The notes under the pieces are model-generated. The model was given only the letters and a program-made list of their open reading frames with translations. It was not told the origin of the DNA and searched no databases. The translations under genes were made by a program, and so were the position numbers. Shown here one piece after another: positions 56,979-64,000 of a DNA stretch of 64,000 nucleotides. The stretch's first letter is position 1. Each line of letters starts with the position of its first letter. The stretch lies in the IMG/VR virus record IMGVR_UViG_3300046616_000348, positions 10,775-74,774 of that record. The stretch is one strand, 5' to 3'. This DNA is from a virus.

Positions 56979-57877
56979 GCGATGAAGGCTCCGATCTGGT
57001 CGAGGATGTCCTGCGCCTGCTTCTTGGTCTCGTCGCGGGCACGATCGCTGAAGCGCAGGGTGTCAGCGTCGAAGCGGCCGAGCTTCTCAAGCTCGCTGGC
57101 GAGGCGGTCGAGGTCAGGGCTGCCGGTGATGTTGAGGGCCGGCATGATGCCGCACAGGTCACGGACGTTCAGCACCAGCGAGTCGCGGAAGGTGCCCTCG
57201 GCGCGGTCGCCCTTGCCCTGGGAGGGGCGGTAGGCGGTGAGGCGCTCGACCATGCGGCTGCAAACCTCATGGATGCGCTCGTAGACGTTCTTCACCGCCG
57301 CCTCGGCGGCAGAGGTGATGGACGCCTCGATCTCCGAGCGGATCGCTGCGGCCTGATGCTCGCTCATCTGCACCCGGAAGTCCTCGGCCGACGGAGCGGG
57401 CATGATCCGCATCCGCATATCGAAGCGGGCGCGGAGGTCGCGGACGAGGGGGAAGTCGGTCGGGTCGAACATGTCGCCCATGCGGCGCTGCGCATCGGCG
57501 GTGTAGGCAGGGTACTTCGTGAGGAACTCCTCGACGGCCTCGAAGAACTTGGTCTTCTGGCCCTGGAACCATGCCGAGTGCGCCATGAAGGCCTCGGCCC
57601 TCATGATGCGGCTGCCGTCGTTCATCCACGGCAAGGTGCGCTGGAGGAAGTCGTCGCGGGTGGCGCTGACGATCTTGTTGATGCCGCCGAGAGCCTCCTT
57701 GGGGAGGAGGTGCTTGTTGAAGTTGCCGGCATCCTTGGCGGCGTTCTTCTGCTGGGTCACCTCCTCGGTCACGCTGCGGTCGAGGCGCTGGGCCGACCAC
57801 TGCGAGATGCTGAGGGACACAACCATCGCGCGGCTCGAGAGCGAGCCGGAGACGGACATAGGGGCGAGAGCGTTCAT
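56975..57877 (-). CDS. DUF3150-like protein associated with MoxR/vWA
   Basis: Start 57877; LSSRAMVVSLSISQWS, TLPW, FRDSL. Confidence 0.7.
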   Translation of the reverse strand: MNALAPMSVSGSLSSRAMVVSLSISQWSAQRLDRSVTEEVTQQKNAAKDAGNFNKHLLPKEALGGINKIVSATRDDFLQRTLPWMNDGSRIMRAEAFMAHSAWFQGQKTKFFEAVEEFLTKYPAYTADAQRRMGDMFDPTDFPLVRDLRARFDMRMRIMPAPSAEDFRVQMSEHQAAAIRSEIEASITSAAEAAVKNVYERIHEVCSRMVERLTAYRPSQGKGDRAEGTFRDSLVLNVRDLCGIMPALNITGSPDLDRLASELEKLGRFDADTLRFSDRARDETKKQAQDILDQIGAFIA

Positions 57878-57948
57878 GCGTGGGATCTCCGTTGTTGCAT
57901 GATTGCAGGGGGTAGGCACTTCAGGCCGCGGGCTATGGGGGCTCCATG

Positions 57949-58227
57949 TCAGCGGCGGTTCACGAGCTGCGCGGCCTGGAAGATGACGTCGACGTCATGC
58001 TCCCGGAAGTCGTCGATCGCAGCGTGCGGGGGTGTCAGCTCCACCGGGTAGGTGTAGCCGTGGTTCGTCTCGGACTTGCCGAGGGGGTCTTTCGTGTAGA
58101 CCCAGTCGACGATGACGTCCTTGTATTGAAGCTGGCTCGTGAGCGCTTCGGACATCAGGTCGGAGGCGTCGTCAGGGCTCCGGGCGTCGACGATGACGTA
58201 AACGCGGGCGATGTAGCGGGGCATCAT
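57949..58227 (-). CDS. DpnD-like small protein
   Basis: MPRYIARVYVIVDARSPDDA. Confidence 0.6.
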   Translation of the reverse strand: MMPRYIARVYVIVDARSPDDASDLMSEALTSQLQYKDVIVDWVYTKDPLGKSETNHGYTYPVELTPPHAAIDDFREHDVDVIFQAAQLVNRR

Positions 58228-58943
58228 TGGTCCATGAAACGGGACACCGCCCAGTTGGCGAGCATCTCGCAGAGGCCTTCGGAGAAGGCGCTCGGCAGGA
58301 TGGTCAGGGTGGCGATGTCGTGTTGGGTTGAGAGTTCGCTGGCACGGAAGGTGCAGGCGATCTCGATGACGGCCTCGTCGTGCCGGTTGCCGATGTCGGT
58401 GGTCCGGAGGTAGGCGATTTCGAGGGCGTAGATGTAGGAGCCGCTGATCCACTCGCGCTCGTGCTCGTGGAAGTCCTCGCGCTCCTCGTCGGTCAGTTCG
58501 TCGTGATACCAGCGCCAGAGGTGGCTCCGGATGTCGGCGTCGACCTGGGCCTTGGTCTTGCCCAGGTAGGTCGCGGCGTACTCGTAGAGGGACCGCAGGT
58601 TGCGCGGGTGGCGGATCGCTTCGAGCTCCTCGTTCCACTCGGGGTGCTCGTGGTCCACCCACGACAGCAGGGCCTCCATTTGCTGGGCCTCCACTTCATC
58701 GGCGAGGCACTTCGGCAGGCGGCCTTGGCTGTTGGCATTGTCGATGTCGCACTCGAAGTCGATGCGCCACCCGCCGGACGCTCGCGACCAGAGCTGGCCG
58801 GTCTCGATGTCCTCAATCTCCGGGGTGCGGGTCACCTCGTCGGTGCGTTCCATCAGGTCCATCACCTCGGCGCATAGGAGGCGGCCGACCTCGTCGATCG
58901 CCGCGAACGGCTCCGGCATCAGCCGGGCAGGTTGGTGGGTCAT
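58224..58943 (-). CDS. Acidic hypothetical protein
   Basis: 239 aa, Glu/Asp-rich. Confidence 0.72.
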   Translation of the reverse strand: MTHQPARLMPEPFAAIDEVGRLLCAEVMDLMERTDEVTRTPEIEDIETGQLWSRASGGWRIDFECDIDNANSQGRLPKCLADEVEAQQMEALLSWVDHEHPEWNEELEAIRHPRNLRSLYEYAATYLGKTKAQVDADIRSHLWRWYHDELTDEEREDFHEHEREWISGSYIYALEIAYLRTTDIGNRHDEAVIEIACTFRASELSTQHDIATLTILPSAFSEGLCEMLANWAVSRFMDQ

Positions 58944-58952
58944 GGGTCTGTC

Positions 58953-59735
58953 TCATGCGAGGGTGAGGGCGAGGGCACGAGGAAGCGGGATGCCGGGCTT
59001 GTCCTTGACCCAGTCCCGGATGTGCCAGCCGGCGGCGGCCTTGGCCTCCGGCAGGCAGTTCTGCTCGTAGTCGCCGATGAAGCCCCAGCAGGCGTCGACC
59101 TCGTCGCCCTCTTCGATCTCGTCGCCATCCTCGTCGAGGGTGGGCGGGGTCTTGAGGCGGTAGCCGTAGACGTTGCCGGTGGCCCAGTCGGAATACTCTT
59201 CGACCTCGCCCTGCAGCAGCTTGCGGGCGCGCTCGATGTTCTCGGGGGTCACCTCCCCGTACTCTTTGGCGATGTCGGCATGGGTGACGTAGATGAAGCC
59301 GGTCTCGCTGGTCAGCGAGGCGGCGTAGGCGGCATCGCACCAGCCGAGGTCGCCGTGCTGGTAGCGGCCGACGCCGAGGCCGAGGATGAGGCAGCGCTCG
59401 CTGATGTTGGCGAGCAGCTTGCCGGGCGCGTCCTCAATGCGGCCTTCCAGATCCCAGTCGGTGAGGGCGGCGAGGTCGTCGACGGTCTCGTTCGGCTCGC
59501 GGTAGAGCCAGGCGATCAGCCATTCGGGGATGTCGAGTTCAGTGGCGAGGCCGTAGAGCCATAGGGCGACGCTGCGGCTGGGCTGCTCGTCGCCCATCTT
59601 GTAGTTGCGGGACCAGCTGACCATCGTGCCGACGTTGTCCCATTCGCGCGGGTTGTTGCCCGAGTCGTCGTCCTGGACGATCTCGAGGACAAAGCCGTGC
59701 TCGAGGGTCTCTTCGTGGGCGATGTAGTCAGCCAT
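58953..59735 (-). CDS. Acidic early protein
   Basis: Start 59735; NPREWDNVGTM, EVEEYSDW..GNVYGY, DACWGFIG. Confidence 0.78.
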   Translation of the reverse strand: MADYIAHEETLEHGFVLEIVQDDDSGNNPREWDNVGTMVSWSRNYKMGDEQPSRSVALWLYGLATELDIPEWLIAWLYREPNETVDDLAALTDWDLEGRIEDAPGKLLANISERCLILGLGVGRYQHGDLGWCDAAYAASLTSETGFIYVTHADIAKEYGEVTPENIERARKLLQGEVEEYSDWATGNVYGYRLKTPPTLDEDGDEIEEGDEVDACWGFIGDYEQNCLPEAKAAAGWHIRDWVKDKPGIPLPRALALTLA

Positions 59736-59976
59736 TGGCCGTGCCCTCCGCCGCAGGGCTGCTTCGTGGGGGGTCGACGTCATCCATGTCGTCGAGGACG
59801 ATCACGCAGGCGATCGCGTCGTGGGTGCGGTTGCAGCGGTCCTCAACGGCGAGGTTGTTCTCGATGCGCATGACGCTGGCGCCGGCGGCGAACGAGGTGG
59901 CGATGACAACGGCTGCGGCACCGATGATGGCGACGCGGCGGCGCAACAGCTGGCGCTGGGATGGGTAGTAGGTCAT
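59728..59976 (-). CDS. Small membrane protein
   Basis: Start 59976 after hairpin-SD element; one TM helix. Confidence 0.65.
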   Translation of the reverse strand: MTYYPSQRQLLRRRVAIIGAAAVVIATSFAAGASVMRIENNLAVEDRCNRTHDAIACVIVLDDMDDVDPPRSSPAAEGTANG

Positions 59977-60062
59977 GAGGTCTCCTGAGTTGCCACAATT
60001 GGCGGGGGTTAGGGCGTGAGCGTCCTGTGCGACGCGCCGCTCGGGCGCGTCAGGCGGGGTGC

Positions 60063-60503
60063 TCACATGGCGTAGATGCGCCCGTCGTCGCCGACGTAGA
60101 GGTCGACCTGACGGAAGCCCTTGGCGATGTCGCGGAGCATGTCGTCGAGGGGGTCGGCCCAGTCGCCGTCGCCGAAACCCGCTCCGTGTCCGTTACGGGT
60201 CAGCCAGAAGTCATGGCCTGCCATCTGCTCGGGGGTGCTGCCGCTGGTGTTGCGGATCAGGACGCCGTCGCACAGGGCATTGCCGCACTTGGCGAGGAAG
60301 GCGGCGCAGTCCTTGATGGCCTGCTCGATGGCCTCCGGGGCGAGGTCGTCGAGTTCGTAATTCTCATCCATCGGCAGGCCGCCGGTTTCGGGGTCGCTCT
60401 CGTCAGCCGAGGACCAGAGTGCCGTAACGAGGTAGTGACGGGTCAGGTCGTCGAGGGAGGCGACCAGCTCGACGCTGCGGGGGTGTGGCTCGGGCTTTTC
60501 CAT
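60063..60503 (-). CDS. Conserved-type phage early protein
   Basis: YLVTALWSS, AGHDFWLTRNGHGAGF. Confidence 0.8.
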   Translation of the reverse strand: MEKPEPHPRSVELVASLDDLTRHYLVTALWSSADESDPETGGLPMDENYELDDLAPEAIEQAIKDCAAFLAKCGNALCDGVLIRNTSGSTPEQMAGHDFWLTRNGHGAGFGDGDWADPLDDMLRDIAKGFRQVDLYVGDDGRIYAM

Positions 60504-60748
60504 CAGTGGTCAGCCCGGCAAACGAGGCCGCCGGCGAGGGCGCCGGCGAGGAGGTTGTCGATGTAGCGCGGCTCGACGATCAGGCTGGCGCCGTACCACT
60601 GCGCCTCGGGGTCGATGTGCTCGTCGATCCAGCGCTGGCCCTCATCAGTGAGGGGGGTGCACAGCACGATGGAGCCGAAGAAGGCGAAGTCGAGGTCGCG
60701 CGCTGGTGGCTCGACGTAGAAGGGGTCGAGGATGTCGAGGACTTTCAT
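60503..60748 (-). CDS. Small early protein
   Basis: Hairpin-SD element; GSIVL...WIDEHI...VEPRY. Confidence 0.72.
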   Translation of the reverse strand: MKVLDILDPFYVEPPARDLDFAFFGSIVLCTPLTDEGQRWIDEHIDPEAQWYGASLIVEPRYIDNLLAGALAGGLVCRADH

Positions 60749-60790
60749 GCGGGGGTCTCCCAGGGTGCCACAGTTGGCGGGGTTGAGGGG

Positions 60791-60976
60791 TCAGGCGACG
60801 ACGACTGCCCAGGTGCGGTCGTCGGTCTTCTTGCCGAGCTTGCAGCTGCCGAGGGCGAGGATCGCCTTGATGTCGGCGAGGCTGTCGGCAGAGCGGAAGC
60901 CGCGGAAGTCGGTGAACACGTCGGCACCGAAGCGGAAGCGGTAGACGTTGAAGGTCCAGTCGTACTCGACGAACAT
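60791..60976 (-). CDS. Small early protein
   Basis: GGAGG SD, ATG 60976. Confidence 0.6.
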   Translation of the reverse strand: MFVEYDWTFNVYRFRFGADVFTDFRGFRSADSLADIKAILALGSCKLGKKTDDRTWAVVVA

Positions 60977-60978
60977 GG

Positions 60979-61245
60979 TCAGTCCTCCGCCTGAACGGCT
61001 GGGCCCAGTCCCGATGGGACACAGGCGGCCGTCAGGCCTGCATTGGTCAGGGCGAGCATCAGCTCGGCACACTGGGTTGCGGTGAGCTCGGCAGGGCCGG
61101 TGCGTGCCGGGCCTGCGAGGGTGGCGGAGTGCTTGCCTGCGGCCTCCGAGTGGACGAGGACGACGAGGTCGAATGTCCACTCTGAGGCGAGGGCAGGGGT
61201 CACGTTCTGCAGGAGGCAGGCGAGGGCGCAGAGGGTGCGGATCAT
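60979..61245 (-). CDS. Small secreted protein
   Basis: GGAGG SD; MIRTLCALACLL...ALA signal peptide. Confidence 0.6.
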   Translation of the reverse strand: MIRTLCALACLLQNVTPALASEWTFDLVVLVHSEAAGKHSATLAGPARTGPAELTATQCAELMLALTNAGLTAACVPSGLGPAVQAED

Positions 61246-61535
61246 TCGCCATCCTCCGCGTAGGCGCTGGGGATGCGGGCTTGGGTGTGGGCGCAGATCA
61301 GGTTGCCGTCCTCCCAGTTGATGTCGAGGGCGACGGGAAGCCATGACTGGTCAGGGTGGTTGCCGTCGCGCTCGTCGCGCAGGGCCTCGAGGAGGAGCCT
61401 GCGCTCCTCCTTGGCGGCCTCGAAGCTGAGGGCTTCGCCGTCAGCCATGATGAAGTAGCAGGGATACCCGCCCGGCCATGCGAATGGGCCGTGGTGGACC
61501 GCGCGGCGGAAGTCTCCGATAGAGGCGATCTTCAT
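61242..61535 (-). CDS. Small early protein
   Basis: FAWPGGYP, INWED, IPSAY. Confidence 0.72.
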   Translation of the reverse strand: MKIASIGDFRRAVHHGPFAWPGGYPCYFIMADGEALSFEAAKEERRLLLEALRDERDGNHPDQSWLPVALDINWEDGNLICAHTQARIPSAYAEDGE

Positions 61536-61537
61536 GG

Positions 61538-61729
61538 TCAGGCCGCAACCGCGTACCAGCCGGCGGGGGTGAAGCCAGCGTCGAGGACTTCGATCTCGCA
61601 GCACCAGCCGTTGACCATGAGGCGCTCGCCGTCTTCGGAAAGCACCTCGAACTCGCCGTCGAGGTCTGGGTCATGTTCGATTGTGTCGGCCTCGAAGTCG
61701 CCGACGGGGGTTGCGACGTGGATACGCAT
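61538..61729 (-). CDS. Small acidic early protein
   Basis: Hairpin-SD element; VNGW motif. Confidence 0.68.
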   Translation of the reverse strand: MRIHVATPVGDFEADTIEHDPDLDGEFEVLSEDGERLMVNGWCCEIEVLDAGFTPAGWYAVAA

Positions 61730-61819
61730 TGCAGTGGTCTCCGGGTTGCCATGATTGGCGGGGGTGGGCGAAGCGCCCAGTGCATCGCGCCTGCCAGGAT
61801 GCGCGATGGGCTGGGGGTT

Positions 61820-61942
61820 TCAGGCCTTCTCGATGCCGACGACAACGCCGGTTTTCTCGAAGATCTCGCGGGCGGCCTTAGTGGCGGACTCAAGGGTGGG
61901 ATAGGGGGTGGTTTTGCCACCCCGCTGGATTGTGAAGGCCAT
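61820..61942 (-). CDS. 40-aa protein not in the ORF track
   Basis: TGATG-coupled; MAFTIQRGGKTTPYPTLESATKAAREIFEKTGVVVGIEKA. Confidence 0.6.
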   Translation of the reverse strand: MAFTIQRGGKTTPYPTLESATKAAREIFEKTGVVVGIEKA

Positions 61943-62088
61943 CAGTGGAGCACGCGGCGCCCGGCCATCTGGCGGCGCTCAAGTTCCTTGCGGGCGAGGA
62001 AGGCCCGCGCCTCAATCGCGCGCTTCGCTATGGCGGCCTCGCGCTGCTCATCCTTGCGCGTGGTGAAGTATGGGTGACGTGGGATCAT
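61942..62088 (-). CDS. 48-aa basic protein not in the ORF track
   Basis: Hairpin-SD element then ATG 62088; MIPRHPYFTTRKDEQREAAIAKRAIEAR. Confidence 0.62.
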   Translation of the reverse strand: MIPRHPYFTTRKDEQREAAIAKRAIEARAFLARKELERRQMAGRRVLH

Positions 62089-62222
62089 GGTTAGAGGTCT
62101 CCGGGGGGTGCCATCATTGGCGGGGTTCGGCCGTGCAGCCGTCGAGGCGGACGCCTAGCGTCCGTCCGGATGGGTGCAGGGGGTTGCACCCCCTCGCGGG
62201 GGAGGGGGTGCAGGGGGTGGGA

Positions 62223-62780
62223 TTAGGCGGCCTTCTGCTCGGCGGCGGCCTTGGCCTTCGCCTTGTTCTTCGCGCGGCCTTCCTTCGAGGTGTCGACCGT
62301 CACCACGTTGCCGCCAGTCAGGACGGCCTCGGCCTCGGCGCAGAGCTGATAGGCCTTCGTGTGGGCGAGGTGCGCACCGGCCTTTTCGGCGGCCTTGAGT
62401 AGGGAGGCGAGCTTGGCGGCGAAGTCAAATTCGGCCTTGGCACCGGCCGCGTCCGGCTTGAAGTCGAGGGGTGCGCACAGTGCCGCGCCTTCGAGGTCGC
62501 CCTTGGCGGACTTGGCATAGGCGAACTTCACCGCGCCGGTTTCTTCGTCCGTGTTGACCTTGACCTTGCCGTAGGCCTTCGCCCATGCCGCAATCGCGGC
62601 CTTCGTCACCTTGCCGCCGATGGCGTCATAGAGGCGCTGAAGCGGGCGGACATCGCCGCTGGCGTCGATCAAGGCGAGGCAGGAATAGGCGACAGTGTGG
62701 AGCTGGCCGCCGAACTTGGCACCGGCCTTCACAACCGAGTTGATTGCGACGTTGAGCTTGTTGGAAGCGATAACCTGCAT
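62223..62780 (-). CDS. First early gene; Ala/Lys-rich phage protein
   Basis: GGAGA SD, ATG 62780; LHTVAYSCL...GDVRPLQRLY...AIAAW. Confidence 0.8.
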   Translation of the reverse strand: MQVIASNKLNVAINSVVKAGAKFGGQLHTVAYSCLALIDASGDVRPLQRLYDAIGGKVTKAAIAAWAKAYGKVKVNTDEETGAVKFAYAKSAKGDLEGAALCAPLDFKPDAAGAKAEFDFAAKLASLLKAAEKAGAHLAHTKAYQLCAEAEAVLTGGNVVTVDTSKEGRAKNKAKAKAAAEQKAA

Positions 62781-62819
62781 TTTGTATCTCCGAATTGCCA
62801 TCATTGGCGGGGGTTTCGG

Positions 62820-63377
62820 GCACTTGCCCGGCAAAGCGCACGGGGTGCGCTTGGCGAGGGAAGTCGGGGTCTAACCGCCGGAGGCGAACCCCCGGCGGTC
62901 AAAATCTCAAGTGGTGCCATATTTGGCGGGATTGAAATTCACACTCTTGCGCAAGCCCGGGGCCTACCACCCCGTTCGGATTTTTGCGTTCAGCCGTTGT
63001 GCTGCTTCCCGTCACCCCCTCTCACAAGGTGGCGGGCACCAGTGCCAGAACCTAGCAAGCCGTTCGGCGATGCTAGTTGCGCTTTTCCCTAGAACTTTTG
63101 TCCCTCAACACCCCGGCTTGCGTTGTCAGCGCTTGCCGTTTGGTCCGCCTTTTAAGGTCTAATGCGCCGTAACCCCCTCGGGTCTCCCCCTAGCCGTTGT
63201 CGACTAGGCCGGTCGCACTAACTAGCCTGCGGGGTTGCCGCGCCAGTGGTGCCGGATTGTTTAATCAGCGTTCCGTCTACGCCGCTTCCCTAAAGGTCGC
63301 CCTATTCACTCTGTCTAAGAACCTAGCCGCCACCCCGGAGGGTTTTGCCTAGTCGGCGGTGCGTTTCCGTCCGCCGA
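62820..63377 (-). ncRNA. Putative long structured leader / ncRNA
   Basis: No credible ORF; GAAA- and UUCG-capped stems on the minus strand; long-range complementarity. Confidence 0.45.
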
Positions 63378-63383
63378 TGACCA

Positions 63384-63413
63384 CTTATAACCCGCAAACT
63401 TTGCGCGATGCAA
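63384..63413 (-). promoter_or_regulatory. Sigma70-like early promoter
   Basis: TTGCAT(63413-63408)-N18-TATAAG(63389-63384); spacer palindrome CGCAAA-C-TTTGCG at 63393-63405. Confidence 0.6.
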
Positions 63414-63478
63414 TCCCCCAAAACGCAAAAAATGCATTTTGTGGGAAGGCCGGACGAAAGCGCTGTAAATCCAATGGC

Positions 63479-63528
63479 TTATACACCGCGCATAAAATGC
63501 TATGCGGGGGTTTACACGTTGCGCATTG
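63479..63528. promoter_or_regulatory. Two distal CI-operator-like sites
   Basis: TTATACACCGCGCATAA (63479-63495) and TTACACGTTGCGCATTG (63512-63528). Confidence 0.6.
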
Positions 63529-63763
63529 GCGAGTCATGCAATGGGGGAAGGGTGAAAAACGAATCGGCAAAGCGCGATTCGCCACCCCGTAACCCCCCCT
63601 CCGATCACTCCCCCGCAAGCCGGGGTGCGTCACCAGGTAAACACCCCCCGACGGGGTGCGCCCTGCTAGCACCCTTGCGCGCCACCCCTAGCGCACCCCC
63701 AACGCGCCACCCCGTGCCACTGGTGACGGGTTGCCAGCGTCGCACCGTATGCACCCCTTGCAC

Positions 63764-63853
63764 GGGGGAGGGGGAAGGCAAGAGGGGGGAAGGCAAGGGG
63801 GAGGGGGAAGGGTGCCACCCCCGCAACGCGGGGGAAGGGTGCCACCCCGCAAC
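63764..63853 (+). repeat. G-rich tandem direct repeats
   Basis: GGGGAAGGCAAG x2 and GGGGAAGGGTGCCACCCC(C)GCAAC x2. Confidence 0.7.
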
Positions 63854-63893
63854 CCCTAAGCGGAAAGCGCGCGCCTAGCGCCTAGCGTGCATG

Positions 63894-63910
63894 TAGCAAG
63901 CGCCATGCCA
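63894..63910 (-). promoter_or_regulatory. Sigma54 (-24/-12) site
   Basis: Minus strand TGGCATGGCGCTTGCTA versus consensus TGGCAC-N5-TTGCW. Confidence 0.65.
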
Positions 63911-63958
63911 AGTAACATGTAACGCGCGCCACCCCTCCGCCCGACCCCCCCCGGCCTT

Positions 63959-64000
63959 GGGTCCTCCGCCGGGGGTGGGTGTACCGCGGGCTGGGCGCAG
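63959..64000 (+). other. Lambda-like cosQ plus putative cohesive end
   Basis: GGGTCCT (63959-63965), 23 nt ending in CG, then 12 nt GGCTGGGCGCAG. Confidence 0.5.

Larger units (their letters stand above)
47240..62930 (-). repeat. Dispersed C-tract/4-bp hairpin/SD element, 11 copies
   Basis: Hairpins start (+ coordinates) at 47240, 49544, 50800, 56710, 57896, 59992, 60767, 61748, 62110, 62797, 62916; stems covary. Confidence 0.85.
1..64000. mobile_element. Temperate myophage genome segment (P2-like tail, lambda-like switch and cos signal), non-integrated configuration
   Basis: Continuous tail, lysis, integrase, cI/cro, replication and early genes; no host genes; both att arm arrays flank one core. 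Confidence 0.92.

Noticed and set aside
61441-61920. 159-aa ORF in the track
   Set aside because: Pro-rich shadow frame; real genes are 61820-61942 and 61538-61729
47240-62930. Hairpin repeats as a CRISPR array or integron attC sites
   Set aside because: Too short, irregularly spaced, no cas or intI gene, no GTTRRRY cores
63359-63878. Short ORFs in the terminal region
   Set aside because: No SD, atypical codon usage, overlap with promoters and repeats

Overview
This window is 64 kb of a high-GC temperate myophage with a likely alphaproteobacterial (Rhizobiales-type) host. No host genes are visible. Order of modules: P2-like contractile tail genes on + (1-17.5 kb); Tad2/DUF2829, an SGNH esterase and a lysis cassette (17.5-22.1 kb); a tyrosine integrase with an apparently intact attP (23-24.7 kb); a leftward recombination operon (24.7-33.7 kb); a cI/cro switch; a rightward replication operon (34.7-42 kb); and a ~21 kb minus-strand block of about 40 mostly small early genes (42-62.8 kb). 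That block is preceded by a ~600 nt structured leader, sigma70- and sigma54-like promoters, and a lambda-cosQ-like signal whose spacing suggests the window ends at the genome terminus. The most novel signal is a dispersed element in 11 copies in the early region: a C-tract, then a 4-bp stem with an ANNR loop, then a GGAGA Shine-Dalgarno. Its stems show compensatory changes, which points to an undescribed RNA-level regulon. All family assignments come from motif recognition by eye, not database searches.
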